Source: Clostridia bacterium
GTDB taxonomy: Bacteria > Bacillota > Clostridia > Oscillospirales > CAG-272
Assembly (NCBI GenBank): GCA_017473085.1
Contig: JAFUNF010000011.1
Location: forward strand, 111,876 to 175,875
Length of the DNA: 64,000 nt
Direction: 5' to 3'
Positions 37,424 through 47,538 of this stretch are shown in pieces. A program made the position numbers and the translations under genes. Each line of letters begins with the position of its first letter. Position 1 is the first letter of the stretch. The notes under the pieces are model-generated. The model was not told where the DNA came from and made no database searches. It worked only from the letters and a program-made list of their open reading frames with translations.

Positions 37424-38311
37424 TTAGCTGGAAGCGTTAACAGCCTTGTAAATTTCATTCTTCGCAACGCCTCGGTCCTTAGCCACTTGCTTGATTGCAT
37501 CCATTTTCTTCATACCTTGATTTACATAATGTAAAACGTGATCGGATATGGTAAGGCTTGTCCAAAATTCGCTAATTGGTTGCTTTTCTTGGCTACCCTC
37601 TACAACCAAGACGTACTCTCCACGAGGGGAGCTTTCCTTATAGTATTCAATTGCACCACTAATAGTTGTGCGAATAATTTCCTCGTTTAGCTTAGTAAGC
37701 TCACGGCAAAGGGATATTTTTCTATCTCCCAAAACCTCTAAAAGATCATCAAGAGTTTTTTGTAGCTTGTGGGGAGCTTCGTAAAAAATAGTGGTACGAG
37801 TGTCGTATTTTATCTCATTTAAACGAGAATATCGCTCATTTTTGTTTACACTCAAGAAGCCTTCAAAGCAAAATCTACCTGTTGGCAAGGCAGATAAGGC
37901 AAGAGCATTGACAACAGCACAGCACCCTGGTATTGAGGTAACAGGTACACCTGCCTCGCTACACATTCTGACTAAGTCCTCGCCAGGGTCGCTTATTGCA
38001 GGAGTGCCTGCATCTGTAACTAAGGCACAGGACTCGCCGTTTTGTAGTCTTTCTATTATAAGCTGTCCCTTTTCTTTTTTATTGTGCTCGAAATAGTTGA
38101 CCATAGGCTTTGATATTTCAAAATACGCAAGTAGCTTGCCTGTATTTCTTGTGTCCTCTGCTGCAATAAAATCAACCTCGCTAAGCACCTTTAGTGCTCG
38201 TTGGGATATGTCTGCAAGGTTGCCTATTGGTGTTGCTACTAAATAAAGTGTACCACCAACTATTTGATTTTTTTCCTCACGAGAGGCGTTTCTATATCCT
38301 GAAGCACGCAT
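37424..38311 (-). CDS. rsmI: 16S rRNA (cytidine1402-2'-O)-methyltransferase
   Basis: GTLYLVATPIGNLADIS, AEDTR and SDPG blocks typical of RsmI. Confidence 0.9.
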   Translation of the reverse strand: MRASGYRNASREEKNQIVGGTLYLVATPIGNLADISQRALKVLSEVDFIAAEDTRNTGKLLAYFEISKPMVNYFEHNKKEKGQLIIERLQNGESCALVTDAGTPAISDPGEDLVRMCSEAGVPVTSIPGCCAVVNALALSALPTGRFCFEGFLSVNKNERYSRLNEIKYDTRTTIFYEAPHKLQKTLDDLLEVLGDRKISLCRELTKLNEEIIRTTISGAIEYYKESSPRGEYVLVVEGSQEKQPISEFWTSLTISDHVLHYVNQGMKKMDAIKQVAKDRGVAKNEIYKAVNASS

Positions 38312-38320
38312 GATATCTCC

Positions 38321-39073
38321 TTAAAGCTTATTGTCCTCGTATATTTTGTTGAATTGGTCTGTATATTCGTTTGTTCCATCCTTGTAGATGTAAATAGGCT
38401 TTTCAACTACAAGCCCACTTTTGCCACCTAACTTTGCTTGAATTAATAAAATTGATGGGGGAGTGTTTGAATTGGCTTGAATAAAAATAAGTCTTTTTGG
38501 CTCTAAATTGTTATTCTTTAAAGCAAAAATAAGGTCTGCAAGTCTATCAGGACGATAAACCACGTAGAAGCTACCGCCAAATTTCAAAAGCCTTTTTGCA
38601 CAGGCACAAAAATCGTTTATATCTCCAAACATTTCATGTCTTGAAATAGTCTTGCACTGGTTTTCGTTTAGCTTGCCTGAGCTCGCCTTCATATAGGGAG
38701 GATTTGAAAAAACCATATCAACCTCGCCATTTGTATCCTTTGTGGAAACCTGTCTTAAATCCTTGGTAATGACCTTGAAATTATTTCCTGGGAAATTAAG
38801 CCTTCCGTTTCTTTCAGCTATATCGGCAATAGCCTCTTGTACCTCGATTCCGTACACTTGATTGCACTTTTTTCTGTTTAAAGCAAGCAAGGAAACGATA
38901 CCACTGCCTGTACCAAGCTCAACACCTACCGAGTTTCTTTTACCTTGAATGAAGGCAGAAAGTAAGTAGGCATCAGTGCCAAAGGTTAAGCTATCCTTAT
39001 TTTCAATAAGCCTTAAATCATCGTTTACTATATTTATTCTTTCGTTTTCCTTCAAAAGCTCTTTGTAATCCAT
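38321..39073 (-). CDS. SAM-dependent N6-adenine methyltransferase (tRNA1-Val m6A37 TrmN6/YfiC-like)
   Basis: SAM-binding ELGTGSG and an NPPY motif (FSNPPYM). Confidence 0.75.
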   Translation of the reverse strand: MDYKELLKENERINIVNDDLRLIENKDSLTFGTDAYLLSAFIQGKRNSVGVELGTGSGIVSLLALNRKKCNQVYGIEVQEAIADIAERNGRLNFPGNNFKVITKDLRQVSTKDTNGEVDMVFSNPPYMKASSGKLNENQCKTISRHEMFGDINDFCACAKRLLKFGGSFYVVYRPDRLADLIFALKNNNLEPKRLIFIQANSNTPPSILLIQAKLGGKSGLVVEKPIYIYKDGTNEYTDQFNKIYEDNKL

Positions 39074-39095
39074 TTAACCTCTTCTAAGAAATGCC

Positions 39096-39134
39096 AAAAA
39101 AGAAGAGACCCCTGCTCGATAAAGCAGAAGTCTC
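39096..39134 (-). terminator. Rho-independent terminator downstream of ferredoxin 1
   Basis: Minus strand has the GAGAC...GTCTC stem with inner CTGCT/AGCAG, followed by TTCTTTTTT. Confidence 0.6.
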
Positions 39135-39242
39135 AAGCTATTTATACTCTTCTTTAAAGGCTTTCCATAATATATATTATGTTATATCAAAGCAAGCTTG
39201 CTTGATAACCTAATCTTTTTCGTCATGTTTGAATTCTGTGGA

Positions 39243-39413
39243 TTATTCCTCAACAGGCGCACTAACTGGGCAAACGCCAGCACAAGAGCCACAAGAAATG
39301 CACTCGTCAGCATTGATTTCATACTTGCCGTCGCCTTCAACAATGCAACCACAAGGACAAGCATCTACACAAGCACCACAAGCGATGCAATCGTCTGTAA
39401 TCTTAAAAGCCAT
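39243..39413 (-). CDS. fdx: 2x[4Fe-4S] clostridial-type ferredoxin (56 aa; missed by the ORF track)
   Basis: My translation is MAFKITDDCIACGACVDACPCGCIVEGDGKYEINADECISCGSCAGVCPVSAPVEE, with two CxxCxxCxxxCP motifs. A ggaggtg RBS lies upstream. Confidence 0.85.
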   Translation of the reverse strand: MAFKITDDCIACGACVDACPCGCIVEGDGKYEINADECISCGSCAGVCPVSAPVEE

Positions 39414-39529
39414 GATAACACCTCCATAAGATTTTGTGCCGAAATTGATGCAGTCGCCTCCGACTAAATATATTTTATCACAAAAAAAAGATTTGTCAAT
39501 AAGATATAATTAAAATAATAAAATGAAAG

Positions 39530-39559
39530 TAAAAAATCGTTGCTAGTGCAACGATTTTT
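39530..39559 (-). terminator. Hairpin terminator downstream of ferredoxin 2
   Basis: 8-bp stem ATCGTTGC/GCAACGAT flanked by an A-run and a T-run (bidirectional appearance). Confidence 0.65.
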
Positions 39560-39581
39560 ATGTCGAATAAATATTCTTTGA

Positions 39582-39749
39582 TTATTCCTCAACGATAGCA
39601 TCAACAGGACAACCAGCTACGCAAGCGCCACAACCAGCACACTTGTCAGCATCGATAACATAAATATCGCCCTCTGTGATAGCATCGCAAGGACAGTTAG
39701 CTTGGCATGAGCCACATGCAATGCAAGCATCTGTAATCTTGAAAGCCAT
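39582..39749 (-). CDS. fdx: 2x[4Fe-4S] clostridial-type ferredoxin (55 aa; missed by the ORF track)
   Basis: My translation is MAFKITDACIACGSCQANCPCDAITEGDIYVIDADKCAGCGACVAGCPVDAIVEE. A ggaggta RBS lies upstream. Confidence 0.85.
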   Translation of the reverse strand: MAFKITDACIACGSCQANCPCDAITEGDIYVIDADKCAGCGACVAGCPVDAIVEE

Positions 39750-39845
39750 GATAATACCTCCGTAGAAATAAGTTATACATACATTTTATACTATGATATA
39801 TCGGTTAGTCAAGATTAACTTGCAAAATACGACAAATTTCTATGT

Positions 39846-40709
39846 CTATTTGTCTGTGTCCTCGCTGTCACTATCGTTTTTCTTAGCCTTTGGTAGAGAG
39901 ATAAGCTTAACGTTATCTCTTTTATAGGTTTTAACAGAATCATTTATCTTAACCTTAATAGTGCCTTGAAGCGGACTGGTTTCAACAACCTGACCAACAC
40001 CATCATCGGTTTTAACAGTAGAATCAACAGGTGGAGTTTGCTTTATTTCCTGCACATATGTATCATGCTCAAAGCGTAGGCAACACATAAGCCTACCGCA
40101 AGCACCAGAAATTTTTGTGGAGTTAAGAGATAAGCTTTGCTCCTTTGCCATTTTGATAGATACTTGACAAAAATCAGGCAAGAAGGTGCTACAACAAAAG
40201 GGTCTGCCACAAGCACCTAAGCCACCCATAAACTTAGCCTCATCTCTTATGCCGATTTGTCTTAGCTCAATTCTGGTTTTAAAGGTTGAGGCAAGGTCCT
40301 TTACAAGCTCACGGAAGTCTATTCTTCCATCTGCTGTAAAGTAGAAGGTTAGCTTGGAACAATCAAAGGTGTATTCAGACTCAATCAGCTTCATTTCAAG
40401 CTGGTGCTGAGTAATTTTAGTTTGGCAAACTCTTAAAGCCTCAGCTTCCTTTTTCTTATTGTCTGCATTGATTTGAATATCTCTTTGGGTCGCAATTCGA
40501 ATTACAGGACGAAGAGGGGGGACAAGCTCACTTTCGTCAACCATTTTATTTACGCAAGCAACCTTACCAAATTCAAGTCCACGAGAGGTCTCAACTACTG
40601 CATAGTCGGTGGTTTTTGCCACATTGCCATTTGGCTCAAAATAATAGGTTTTTCCACCATCCTTGAAGCGAATACCTATAACCTCATATTGTTTTTTTGT
40701 ATCTTCCAT
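39846..40709 (-). CDS. yaaT: PSP1-domain protein YaaT/RicT (stage 0 sporulation protein)
   Basis: VIGIRFKDGGKTYYF start and the Cys cluster GACGRPFCCSTFL...CGRLMCCL are typical of YaaT. Confidence 0.85.
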   Translation of the reverse strand: MEDTKKQYEVIGIRFKDGGKTYYFEPNGNVAKTTDYAVVETSRGLEFGKVACVNKMVDESELVPPLRPVIRIATQRDIQINADNKKKEAEALRVCQTKITQHQLEMKLIESEYTFDCSKLTFYFTADGRIDFRELVKDLASTFKTRIELRQIGIRDEAKFMGGLGACGRPFCCSTFLPDFCQVSIKMAKEQSLSLNSTKISGACGRLMCCLRFEHDTYVQEIKQTPPVDSTVKTDDGVGQVVETSPLQGTIKVKINDSVKTYKRDNVKLISLPKAKKNDSDSEDTDK

Positions 40710-40710
40710 T

Positions 40711-41697
40711 TTATTTGCCTTTCTTGGTTAATATTGAAACGAGTGTGTTGGATACAGAGGCATTTGCATTCAAATCCTCAATTGCGTCCTCAATAGTCTC
40801 GTATAGCTTTAAAATTTTACTTAAGCTATGTCTGGAGGCAAGCTCTAATGCTTGCTCAAGAGATGTAAAGAAGCATAAAGAAGCACCTCTATATTTCTTT
40901 ACAACAGCTAAGTCTCTTACAACGACGGAGCACATAGACAAAAGCTCCTTAAACTTGTCTCTTTGCATAGAAAACAAGGATGTTATAAAGCTTATTGACT
41001 CACTATTGTCGTTTAGGTAAGCGAGCACAAGCGATTTAGCTCTTTCTCTGTCCTTTGAAAGTGCTTGTGACTTTTTTTCATCAAGCATATCAATTACATA
41101 GCCTAAGCTACCACCTGATGCAACAATAATTTCCTTAAGTGCATCGTCTCCCACGGAAATCTTACAGTTTTTCTTAACGTAGCTATATATCGTATCATTG
41201 TCAAGAGGCTTTGTCCTTAAAATCTGAGCGCGGGATCTGATTGTTTCCAAAAGATAAGAGGAGTCCGTCGTCAAAAGGAAAAACAAAACGTGGGGTGGTG
41301 GCTCCTCTAAGGAAATAAGAAGAGCGTTTTGTGCCTTTACGTTCATTTTTTGAACGTCGTTCAAAATATAAATTTTGTATTCGCACTCCGTTGCACTATC
41401 GTAAAGATTTTCCTTAATTTTTCTGACCTCATCAATCTTAAAGGCATCGAAAAATCTGACGTCTGCACAGTTGTCACTCAAGATTTTCAAACAGGAATTG
41501 CACACTCCACAGGGAAGCTTGCCATGTCCCTTATTTTGACAGAGAATAGATGCAGAGGCTAATCGTGCAATCGTATGCTTGCCAGTGCCTTGAGCACCCT
41601 CGATGATATATGCGTGGAGAAATTGAGAATCAAGAATAGCGTTTCCTAAGGAGCACTTTATTTCCTCGTTGCCAATAAGACCAGAAAAAATATCCAT
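40711..41697 (-). CDS. holB: DNA polymerase III subunit delta'
   Basis: HAYIIEGAQGTGK P-loop, zinc module CGVCNSC, SRAQ. Start set at ATG 41697, behind a ggagggc RBS. Confidence 0.85.
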   Translation of the reverse strand: MDIFSGLIGNEEIKCSLGNAILDSQFLHAYIIEGAQGTGKHTIARLASASILCQNKGHGKLPCGVCNSCLKILSDNCADVRFFDAFKIDEVRKIKENLYDSATECEYKIYILNDVQKMNVKAQNALLISLEEPPPHVLFFLLTTDSSYLLETIRSRAQILRTKPLDNDTIYSYVKKNCKISVGDDALKEIIVASGGSLGYVIDMLDEKKSQALSKDRERAKSLVLAYLNDNSESISFITSLFSMQRDKFKELLSMCSVVVRDLAVVKKYRGASLCFFTSLEQALELASRHSLSKILKLYETIEDAIEDLNANASVSNTLVSILTKKGK

Positions 41698-41963
41698 AAA
41701 AACGCCCTCCTTCAATCAAAATCTCTTTAAGAAATAATATACTATTCTAAAGTATAACAGAAAAAAATCAATATGTCAAACACAAATAAAATTAATTTTA
41801 TGTAAAGTGCATAAAAAAGACGAAAAAAATGAATATAATAACAAAAAATCAACAAAATTTAAAAAAAGACTTGTATAATTCTAAAAAATGGTATAAAATA
41901 TGTAGATGGTAGGGAATGGAAATATTCCATACACAAATTTTAAAAAATTCGGAGGAATTTAAA

Positions 41964-42977
41964 ATGTCAGTAAAAGTTGCTATTAACGGCTTTGGCCGTA
42001 TCGGACGTCTTGCATTCAGACAGATGTTCGGAGCAGAAGGCTACGAGGTAGTAGCTATCAACGATCTTACCAGCCCAAAGATGCTTGCTCATCTTCTAAA
42101 GTATGACACAGCACAAGGTAAGTACGCACTTGCAGATACTGTTTCTTGCACAGAGGACAGCATCACAGTAAACGGCAAGACAATCAAAATTTACGCAGAA
42201 AAGGACGCTGCAAACTGCCCTTGGGGTGAGCTTGGTGTAGACGTAGTTCTTGAGTGCACAGGCTTCTACTGCTCAAAGGAAAAGTCAATGGCACACATCA
42301 CAGCTGGTGCTAAGAAGGTAGTTATCTCTGCTCCTGCAGGAAATGACCTTAAGACAATCGTATTCGGCGTTAACGAAAATACACTTGATGCAAACGACCA
42401 AATCATCTCTGCTGCATCATGCACAACAAACTGCCTTGCTCCTATGGCTAAGGCTCTTAACGATGCATACCCAATCCAAAGCGGTATCATGACAACTGTT
42501 CACGCTTACACAGGCGACCAAATGATTCTCGACGGTCCTCACAGAAAGGGTGACCTTAGAAGAGCAAGAGCAGGCGCTCAAAACATCGTTCCTAACTCAA
42601 CAGGCGCTGCAAAGGCTATCGGTCTTGTAATTCCTGAGCTCAACGGCAAGCTTATCGGCTCTGCACAAAGAGTTCCAACCTGCACAGGCTCAACAACACT
42701 TCTTGTTGCAGTTGTTAAGGGTAAGGACGTAACAAAGGATTCTATCAACGCTGCTATGAAGGCTGTTGCATCTGCATCCTATGGTTACAACACAGACGAA
42801 ATCGTATCCTCTGACATTATCGGTATGACATACGGCTCACTCTTCGATGCTACACAAACAATGGTAGCTAAGATTGACGACGACACATATCAGGTACAGG
42901 TTGTTTCTTGGTACGACAACGAGAACAGCTACACAAGCCAGATGGTTCGTACAATTAAGTACTTCGCTGAGATCTAA
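41964..42977 (+). CDS. gap: Glyceraldehyde-3-phosphate dehydrogenase
   Basis: [11 protein letters not shown] and the catalytic SCTTNCLAP motif. Start set at ATG 41964, behind a ggagga RBS. Confidence 0.95.
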   Translation: MSVKVAINGFGRIGRLAFRQMFGAEGYEVVAINDLTSPKMLAHLLKYDTAQGKYALADTVSCTEDSITVNGKTIKIYAEKDAANCPWGELGVDVVLECTGFYCSKEKSMAHITAGAKKVVISAPAGNDLKTIVFGVNENTLDANDQIISAASCTTNCLAPMAKALNDAYPIQSGIMTTVHAYTGDQMILDGPHRKGDLRRARAGAQNIVPNSTGAAKAIGLVIPELNGKLIGSAQRVPTCTGSTTLLVAVVKGKDVTKDSINAAMKAVASASYGYNTDEIVSSDIIGMTYGSLFDATQTMVAKIDDDTYQVQVVSWYDNENSYTSQMVRTIKYFAEI

Positions 42978-42996
42978 TTAAACCAAAAACAAAAAA

Positions 42997-43019
42997 GGGC
43001 TTTTCAAAAGCCCTTTTTT
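42997..43019 (+). terminator. Rho-independent terminator after gap
   Basis: Stem GGGCTTT/AAAGCCC followed by T6. Confidence 0.75.
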
Positions 43020-43063
43020 ACTTACCAAAAATGTGCTTGTGAAAATCACAAGCACATTTTGAT

Positions 43064-44647
43064 TTATGTCCTTTTCCAGGTGCGTGGGTTGAATAAAATG
43101 AATACTGGGAGAATTTCTAATCTACCAAGCATCATTGTCAGTGTTAAAACTATTTTTGAAAATGCACTATATCCCGCAAAGCTTGCATAAGGACCTACCG
43201 CCTCGAATGCTGGACCTACGTTTGAAATACAGGTCAATGCTGCGGAAAAATTACTGAAAAATCCGTGGGTTACATCATAGCTTCCTGCGTCTGATACAAT
43301 TTGTATAACAGAACCATTTACTGGGTCGAAGGATAGCAGGAATATTGCCGCTAAGAATATAAAGAAATAAAGCGTGATGAAGGTAAACACGTCACTAATT
43401 GTTTTTTCTTCCAGAGTTTTGCCTTCAAATTTTGCCTTTGGTACGTAGCGTGGATTTATGAGCTTTCTGACGTTTATATAAGCGCCCTTTGCAGCAATTA
43501 CTATTCTTGACATCTTCATACCACCTGCAGTAGAGCCTGCCATAGCACCTATAAACATAATCACAATAAGCATTGTCCTTGCGAGCATGGGCCATACGTT
43601 AAAGTCAGTAGTTGAATAACCAGCAGTGGTTATCAAGGATGCTACTTGGAAGAGCGAGTGTCTGAATGCTTCCTCAGTGGTATATGTCTGTGGAAACGCA
43701 CCCAGCTTTCCAACAAGACTTATGAAAATAAGGGTAACTGCGACACCAACGATAAGGAAGTAGCTTTTAAGCTCCTCGCTTTTGAATATTTGCTTAGCCT
43801 TTCCAATCAAAATCAAATAGTAAAGGCTAAAGTTACAACCGAACAGGATAAGAAATATTGCCATTACGTACTGTGCAAAGGGGGTAAAGTATTGAATGCT
43901 GTTTGGAATAAATCCAAAGCCTCCTGTACCTGCACAGCCAAAGGAGGAAAGAAGTGCGTAAAACACCTTGTTTTTTTGATATGCATCGGCAACCTCTGAC
44001 CCAAGAGCGTCGGATACGGCATTATAATCAATTAATGGACCACAACACATAATGATAATTTGAAGTGCTGTCATTCCAAGATAGATTAGATAAAGAATTC
44101 TTGTTGTAACCTTCATCTTTGAAACAATTTTACCAACCTGTGGACCTGGGCTTTCTGCACGTAGAAGATGCATTGAGGAGCCGTCGTTACTTTCAGGAAT
44201 AAAGATAAGCACGAATACAAGTATTCCCATACCACCAATCCAATGAGAAAAGCTTCTCCAAAACAGAGTAGAGTGGGAAACGGCAGTGATATCTGAAATA
44301 ATACTGGAGCCTGTTGTAGTAAAGCCTGACATTATTTCAAACCAAGCATCAATATAATTCGGAATATCCTTGCTTATAACAAACGGAATAGCTCCAAAAA
44401 GTGTAATAACTAACCAAACCATAGCAACTAATGCAAAGCCCTCCTTTTGATATAGTGAGGCTCTTTTTGGCTTGGGCAATTGTAGTAAAAAGCCGATAAT
44501 GGCTAAGGCAAGAATGGGAAAAACATACGAAAGCTTGTATCTTAAGGGCTCGTTATAAATAATGCTTACTAAAAGTGGCGCAAGCATTAAAGCACCCTCA
44601 AGAATCATAATTTTTCCAAGAATTTTTCCAAGTGCTTTAAAGTTCAT
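43064..44647 (-). CDS. trkH: TrkH/KtrB-family potassium uptake membrane subunit
   Basis: 527 aa, polytopic, with repeated M1-P-M2-like units and GFTTTG / GGFG selectivity-type motifs. Confidence 0.85.
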   Translation of the reverse strand: MNFKALGKILGKIMILEGALMLAPLLVSIIYNEPLRYKLSYVFPILALAIIGFLLQLPKPKRASLYQKEGFALVAMVWLVITLFGAIPFVISKDIPNYIDAWFEIMSGFTTTGSSIISDITAVSHSTLFWRSFSHWIGGMGILVFVLIFIPESNDGSSMHLLRAESPGPQVGKIVSKMKVTTRILYLIYLGMTALQIIIMCCGPLIDYNAVSDALGSEVADAYQKNKVFYALLSSFGCAGTGGFGFIPNSIQYFTPFAQYVMAIFLILFGCNFSLYYLILIGKAKQIFKSEELKSYFLIVGVAVTLIFISLVGKLGAFPQTYTTEEAFRHSLFQVASLITTAGYSTTDFNVWPMLARTMLIVIMFIGAMAGSTAGGMKMSRIVIAAKGAYINVRKLINPRYVPKAKFEGKTLEEKTISDVFTFITLYFFIFLAAIFLLSFDPVNGSVIQIVSDAGSYDVTHGFFSNFSAALTCISNVGPAFEAVGPYASFAGYSAFSKIVLTLTMMLGRLEILPVFILFNPRTWKRT

Positions 44648-44664
44648 TGTCTAAAAACCACCTT

Positions 44665-46020
44665 TTATTCAAAAATGTCTGTTAGGTCGTCAAAATTCTT
44701 ATGAGTTGTAACAACGATTACGTTGTCGCCCTGCATAATGCAGGAATTACCATCAGGAATAATAACCTCGTTATTTCTCAAAATACAAGCAACAAGGCAA
44801 TTTTCCTTAGTTTTAAGTGTGCGTAAGGGCTTATTGTAAAAGTCCTCCTCGGTCTTAGCAGAGAATTCAAGTGCCTCAACCTGATTGTTGACTAATCTGT
44901 AAAGAGTTAAAACGTTACTTCCTCGTTTATTTGCCAATGCACGAATGTAGGAAATAATTCTGTTAGCAACTATCGTCTTAGGAGATACGTTATTATCAAG
45001 ACCAAGCTCGGCAAGCATACCGTAAAGATTGTCGCTTTTTATTTGAGCAATAGCCTTTCTAACCCCCATCTTGTTTGCAAACATGGAGGCAATCATATTT
45101 TCCTCGTCAATCTTGGTAAGAGCAACGAAGGCATCCATAGCCTCAATTCCTTCCTCAATCAAAAGGTCGTGCTGAGTACCATTTCCATTAATGATAGTAG
45201 TCTTAGGCAAAAGCTCTGCCAGCTCCTCGGCATCATTTTTATTATTCTCGATTAGCTTAACATTGAATTTTTTAGTAGAAAGCTCCTCGGCAAGATAAAA
45301 GCCAGTCTTACCACCACCAACAATCATAATATTTTTAAGAGGGGACTTTTCAAGCTTAACCTCGCTTAAAAACTTGTTTAGAGTAGTAGCGTCAGCTGTT
45401 AAGTGAACCTTATCTCCTGTATTAAACATAAAGTTACCTGAGGGAATAATAATTTCATTTTCACGCTCAACAGCACATACAAGAACTCTTGTATTCAATT
45501 TTTTGCTAAGAGAAATAAGAGTTTCTCCAACTAAAAGACAACCATCTTCAACCTCAATGTTAGCTAAAAGCACCTTGCCCTTGGCAAAATGCTCAACCTG
45601 AATAACAGACGGAAGGTTGATTAGATTAAAGATTTCCTGTGCAGTTTCCTTTTCAGGATTAACTATCATAGAAATGCCAAGGTCGTCCTTCATATCAATA
45701 ATTTGTTGTCTGTAATTGGGATTACGGACACGAGCAATTGTGTTTGTAACCCCCGCCTTTTTTGCAACAAGACAAGCAAAAATGTTTAGCTCGTCACTAT
45801 TTGTAAGGAAGATAGCAAGGTCGTTGTCCACAACGTTGGCTTCCTTTAAAATATCCAAGCAGGCACCATTACCTACAATGCCATACACGTCATATATTTC
45901 TATATATTTTTCGATTTTGTCCTTATTTTCATCAATGATAGTGATAGTATGTCCCTCACCGGATAAGCTCCTTAAGACAGTTTCTCCAATTGTGCCAAGT
46001 CCAACAATAACGATTTTCAT
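44665..46020 (-). CDS. trkA: Trk system potassium uptake protein TrkA (two RCK/NAD-binding repeats)
   Basis: MKIVIVGLGTIG and a second IMIVGGGKTG Rossmann motif. ATG 46020 is preferred over the TTG at 46029. Confidence 0.85.
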   Translation of the reverse strand: MKIVIVGLGTIGETVLRSLSGEGHTITIIDENKDKIEKYIEIYDVYGIVGNGACLDILKEANVVDNDLAIFLTNSDELNIFACLVAKKAGVTNTIARVRNPNYRQQIIDMKDDLGISMIVNPEKETAQEIFNLINLPSVIQVEHFAKGKVLLANIEVEDGCLLVGETLISLSKKLNTRVLVCAVERENEIIIPSGNFMFNTGDKVHLTADATTLNKFLSEVKLEKSPLKNIMIVGGGKTGFYLAEELSTKKFNVKLIENNKNDAEELAELLPKTTIINGNGTQHDLLIEEGIEAMDAFVALTKIDEENMIASMFANKMGVRKAIAQIKSDNLYGMLAELGLDNNVSPKTIVANRIISYIRALANKRGSNVLTLYRLVNNQVEALEFSAKTEEDFYNKPLRTLKTKENCLVACILRNNEVIIPDGNSCIMQGDNVIVVTTHKNFDDLTDIFE

Positions 46021-46208
46021 TATTTTCAACTCCGTTAAATATTTCGATATGCTTTATTATAACACTAATAAATAAAAAATGGAAGAGGCAAAAGAGTTTT
46101 TTACATTAAATTTACTAACATGAAATTATTTTGTCGAAAAGGGTAGAGAAAAGGAAAAATAATTCATATTATGTTATTGAGGCAAAACAGCCTCAGAAGG
46201 AGACTAAT

Positions 46209-46505
46209 ATGAATATAGACAGAAATATGAGAAGAACGACTCGTCAGGACTACAATGACTTTGTCAATCTTCTTGGTATGAATGGCCAAAGACAGGTAAA
46301 AAACGACACAGGGTCGGTAAATATATCCGAAAACCATACAGGAAGGTCTCTCGCTATGGTATACGCAGAGGAGCAGGCTTGGAGAAATATATTCGATCCT
46401 GAGCTTGCTCTTATAAACGGAACTATATTTAGCGAATTGAACAAGCCCTTCATTCCGATTGCTTGTTCAGGCAGGTCGAATAACAACGGGGAGGGTTGCT
46501 TATGA
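46209..46505 (+). CDS. cotJA: Spore coat-associated protein CotJA
   Basis: SLAMVYAEEQAWRNIFDPELALINGTIFSELNKPF is CotJA-like. Start moved to ATG 46209, behind an aaggaga RBS. Confidence 0.7.
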   Translation: MNIDRNMRRTTRQDYNDFVNLLGMNGQRQVKNDTGSVNISENHTGRSLAMVYAEEQAWRNIFDPELALINGTIFSELNKPFIPIACSGRSNNNGEGCL

Positions 46506-46780
46506 TAGGCTTTAATAATAGAGAAAATACAAGGGCACGCTTGCTCAAGGAAATCAGCACCTATGCCTTTTCTGCTTACGAGGCACTTTTGTATCTTGAT
46601 GCTTATCCAAATAGTAGAGAAGCACTTAATTTTTACAATAAGTACAGAAGATTAGAGGCGAAGGCAAGGGCAGATTATGAAAGCAAGTATGGACCACTAA
46701 CAATGCCGTTTGAAGCAAATGAGTGGAATTGGACAAACGGACCTTGGCCTTGGCAACTTGAAGAGGAGGTAGGCTCATAA
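46496..46780 (+). CDS. cotJB: Spore coat protein CotJB
   Basis: LLKEISTYAFSAYEALLYLDAYPNSREAL is typical of CotJB. Overlaps cotJA. Confidence 0.8.
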   Translation: MLMIGFNNRENTRARLLKEISTYAFSAYEALLYLDAYPNSREALNFYNKYRRLEAKARADYESKYGPLTMPFEANEWNWTNGPWPWQLEEEVGS

Positions 46781-47385
46781 TGTGGCAATACGAGAAAAGA
46801 CTTCAATATCCTGTTAAAATTAAGACACCTAACCCTAATTATGCACAGATAATAGTTAGTCAGTTGGGTGGTCCTGATGGAGAAATTGGTGCATCACTTC
46901 GCTATTTAACACAGAGAATCGCTATGCCATACCCCAAAATTGTAGGTATGCTAACTGACGTAGGTACAGAAGAATTAGCCCATTTCGAAATGATATCTGC
47001 TATCCTTTACCAGCTTACAAGAAATTTAAGTCAGGACGATATTGTTAGGAGTGGCTTCGACACCTATTTTGTAGATCATACAACAGGTGTATATCCTGTT
47101 GCAGCAAGCGGATTCCCCTATTCAGCCTCTCAATTCCAATCAAAGGGCGATGTCCTTGCCGATTTGAACGAGGACTTGGCTGCCGAGCAAAAGGCAAGAG
47201 TAACCTACGATAACATTTTAAGATTGGTTGACGACCCCGACGTTTGCGATGCAATAAAATTCCTTCGTGCAAGAGAAATAGTTCACTATCAGCGCTTTGC
47301 CGATGCACTGAGAATTGCACAGGAAAATATGAATTCCAAGAACTTCTATGGATACAATCCTGCCTTTGATAAAGGTAAAAAATAG
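46780..47385 (+). CDS. cotJC: Spore coat protein CotJC (manganese catalase family)
   Basis: QLGGPDGEIGASLRYLTQR and EELAHFEM motifs. Confidence 0.9.
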   Translation: MWQYEKRLQYPVKIKTPNPNYAQIIVSQLGGPDGEIGASLRYLTQRIAMPYPKIVGMLTDVGTEELAHFEMISAILYQLTRNLSQDDIVRSGFDTYFVDHTTGVYPVAASGFPYSASQFQSKGDVLADLNEDLAAEQKARVTYDNILRLVDDPDVCDAIKFLRAREIVHYQRFADALRIAQENMNSKNFYGYNPAFDKGKK

Positions 47386-47538
47386 ACACTCCCCCAACAA
47401 AAAAGCCAAAAAGGTAACTCCTTTTGGCTTTTTTACGTCTTATGAAAATAAAATAAGGATTAGCAATTGACAAAACAATATTTGAGTGCTAAAATATATA
47501 TAAAATTTACTGTACATATTGTGAAAGGAGGCAGAAGC

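Noticed and set aside
39182-39467. Three ORF-track ORFs (39182-39364 minus, 39198-39467 plus, 39229-39429 plus).
   Set aside because: All overlap a clear 56-aa ferredoxin gene on the minus strand (39243-39413). They lack RBSs and have low-complexity translations, so they are frame shadows.
41916-41963. N-terminal extension of gap (ORF-track start 41916) and the palindrome ATGGAAatATTCCAT in its leader as a possible operator.
   Set aside because: ATG 41964 has a ggagga RBS and gives the canonical [15 protein letters not shown] start. The 6-bp-arm palindrome matches no operator I know (not cre, Rex or CggR), and on its own it is weak evidence.
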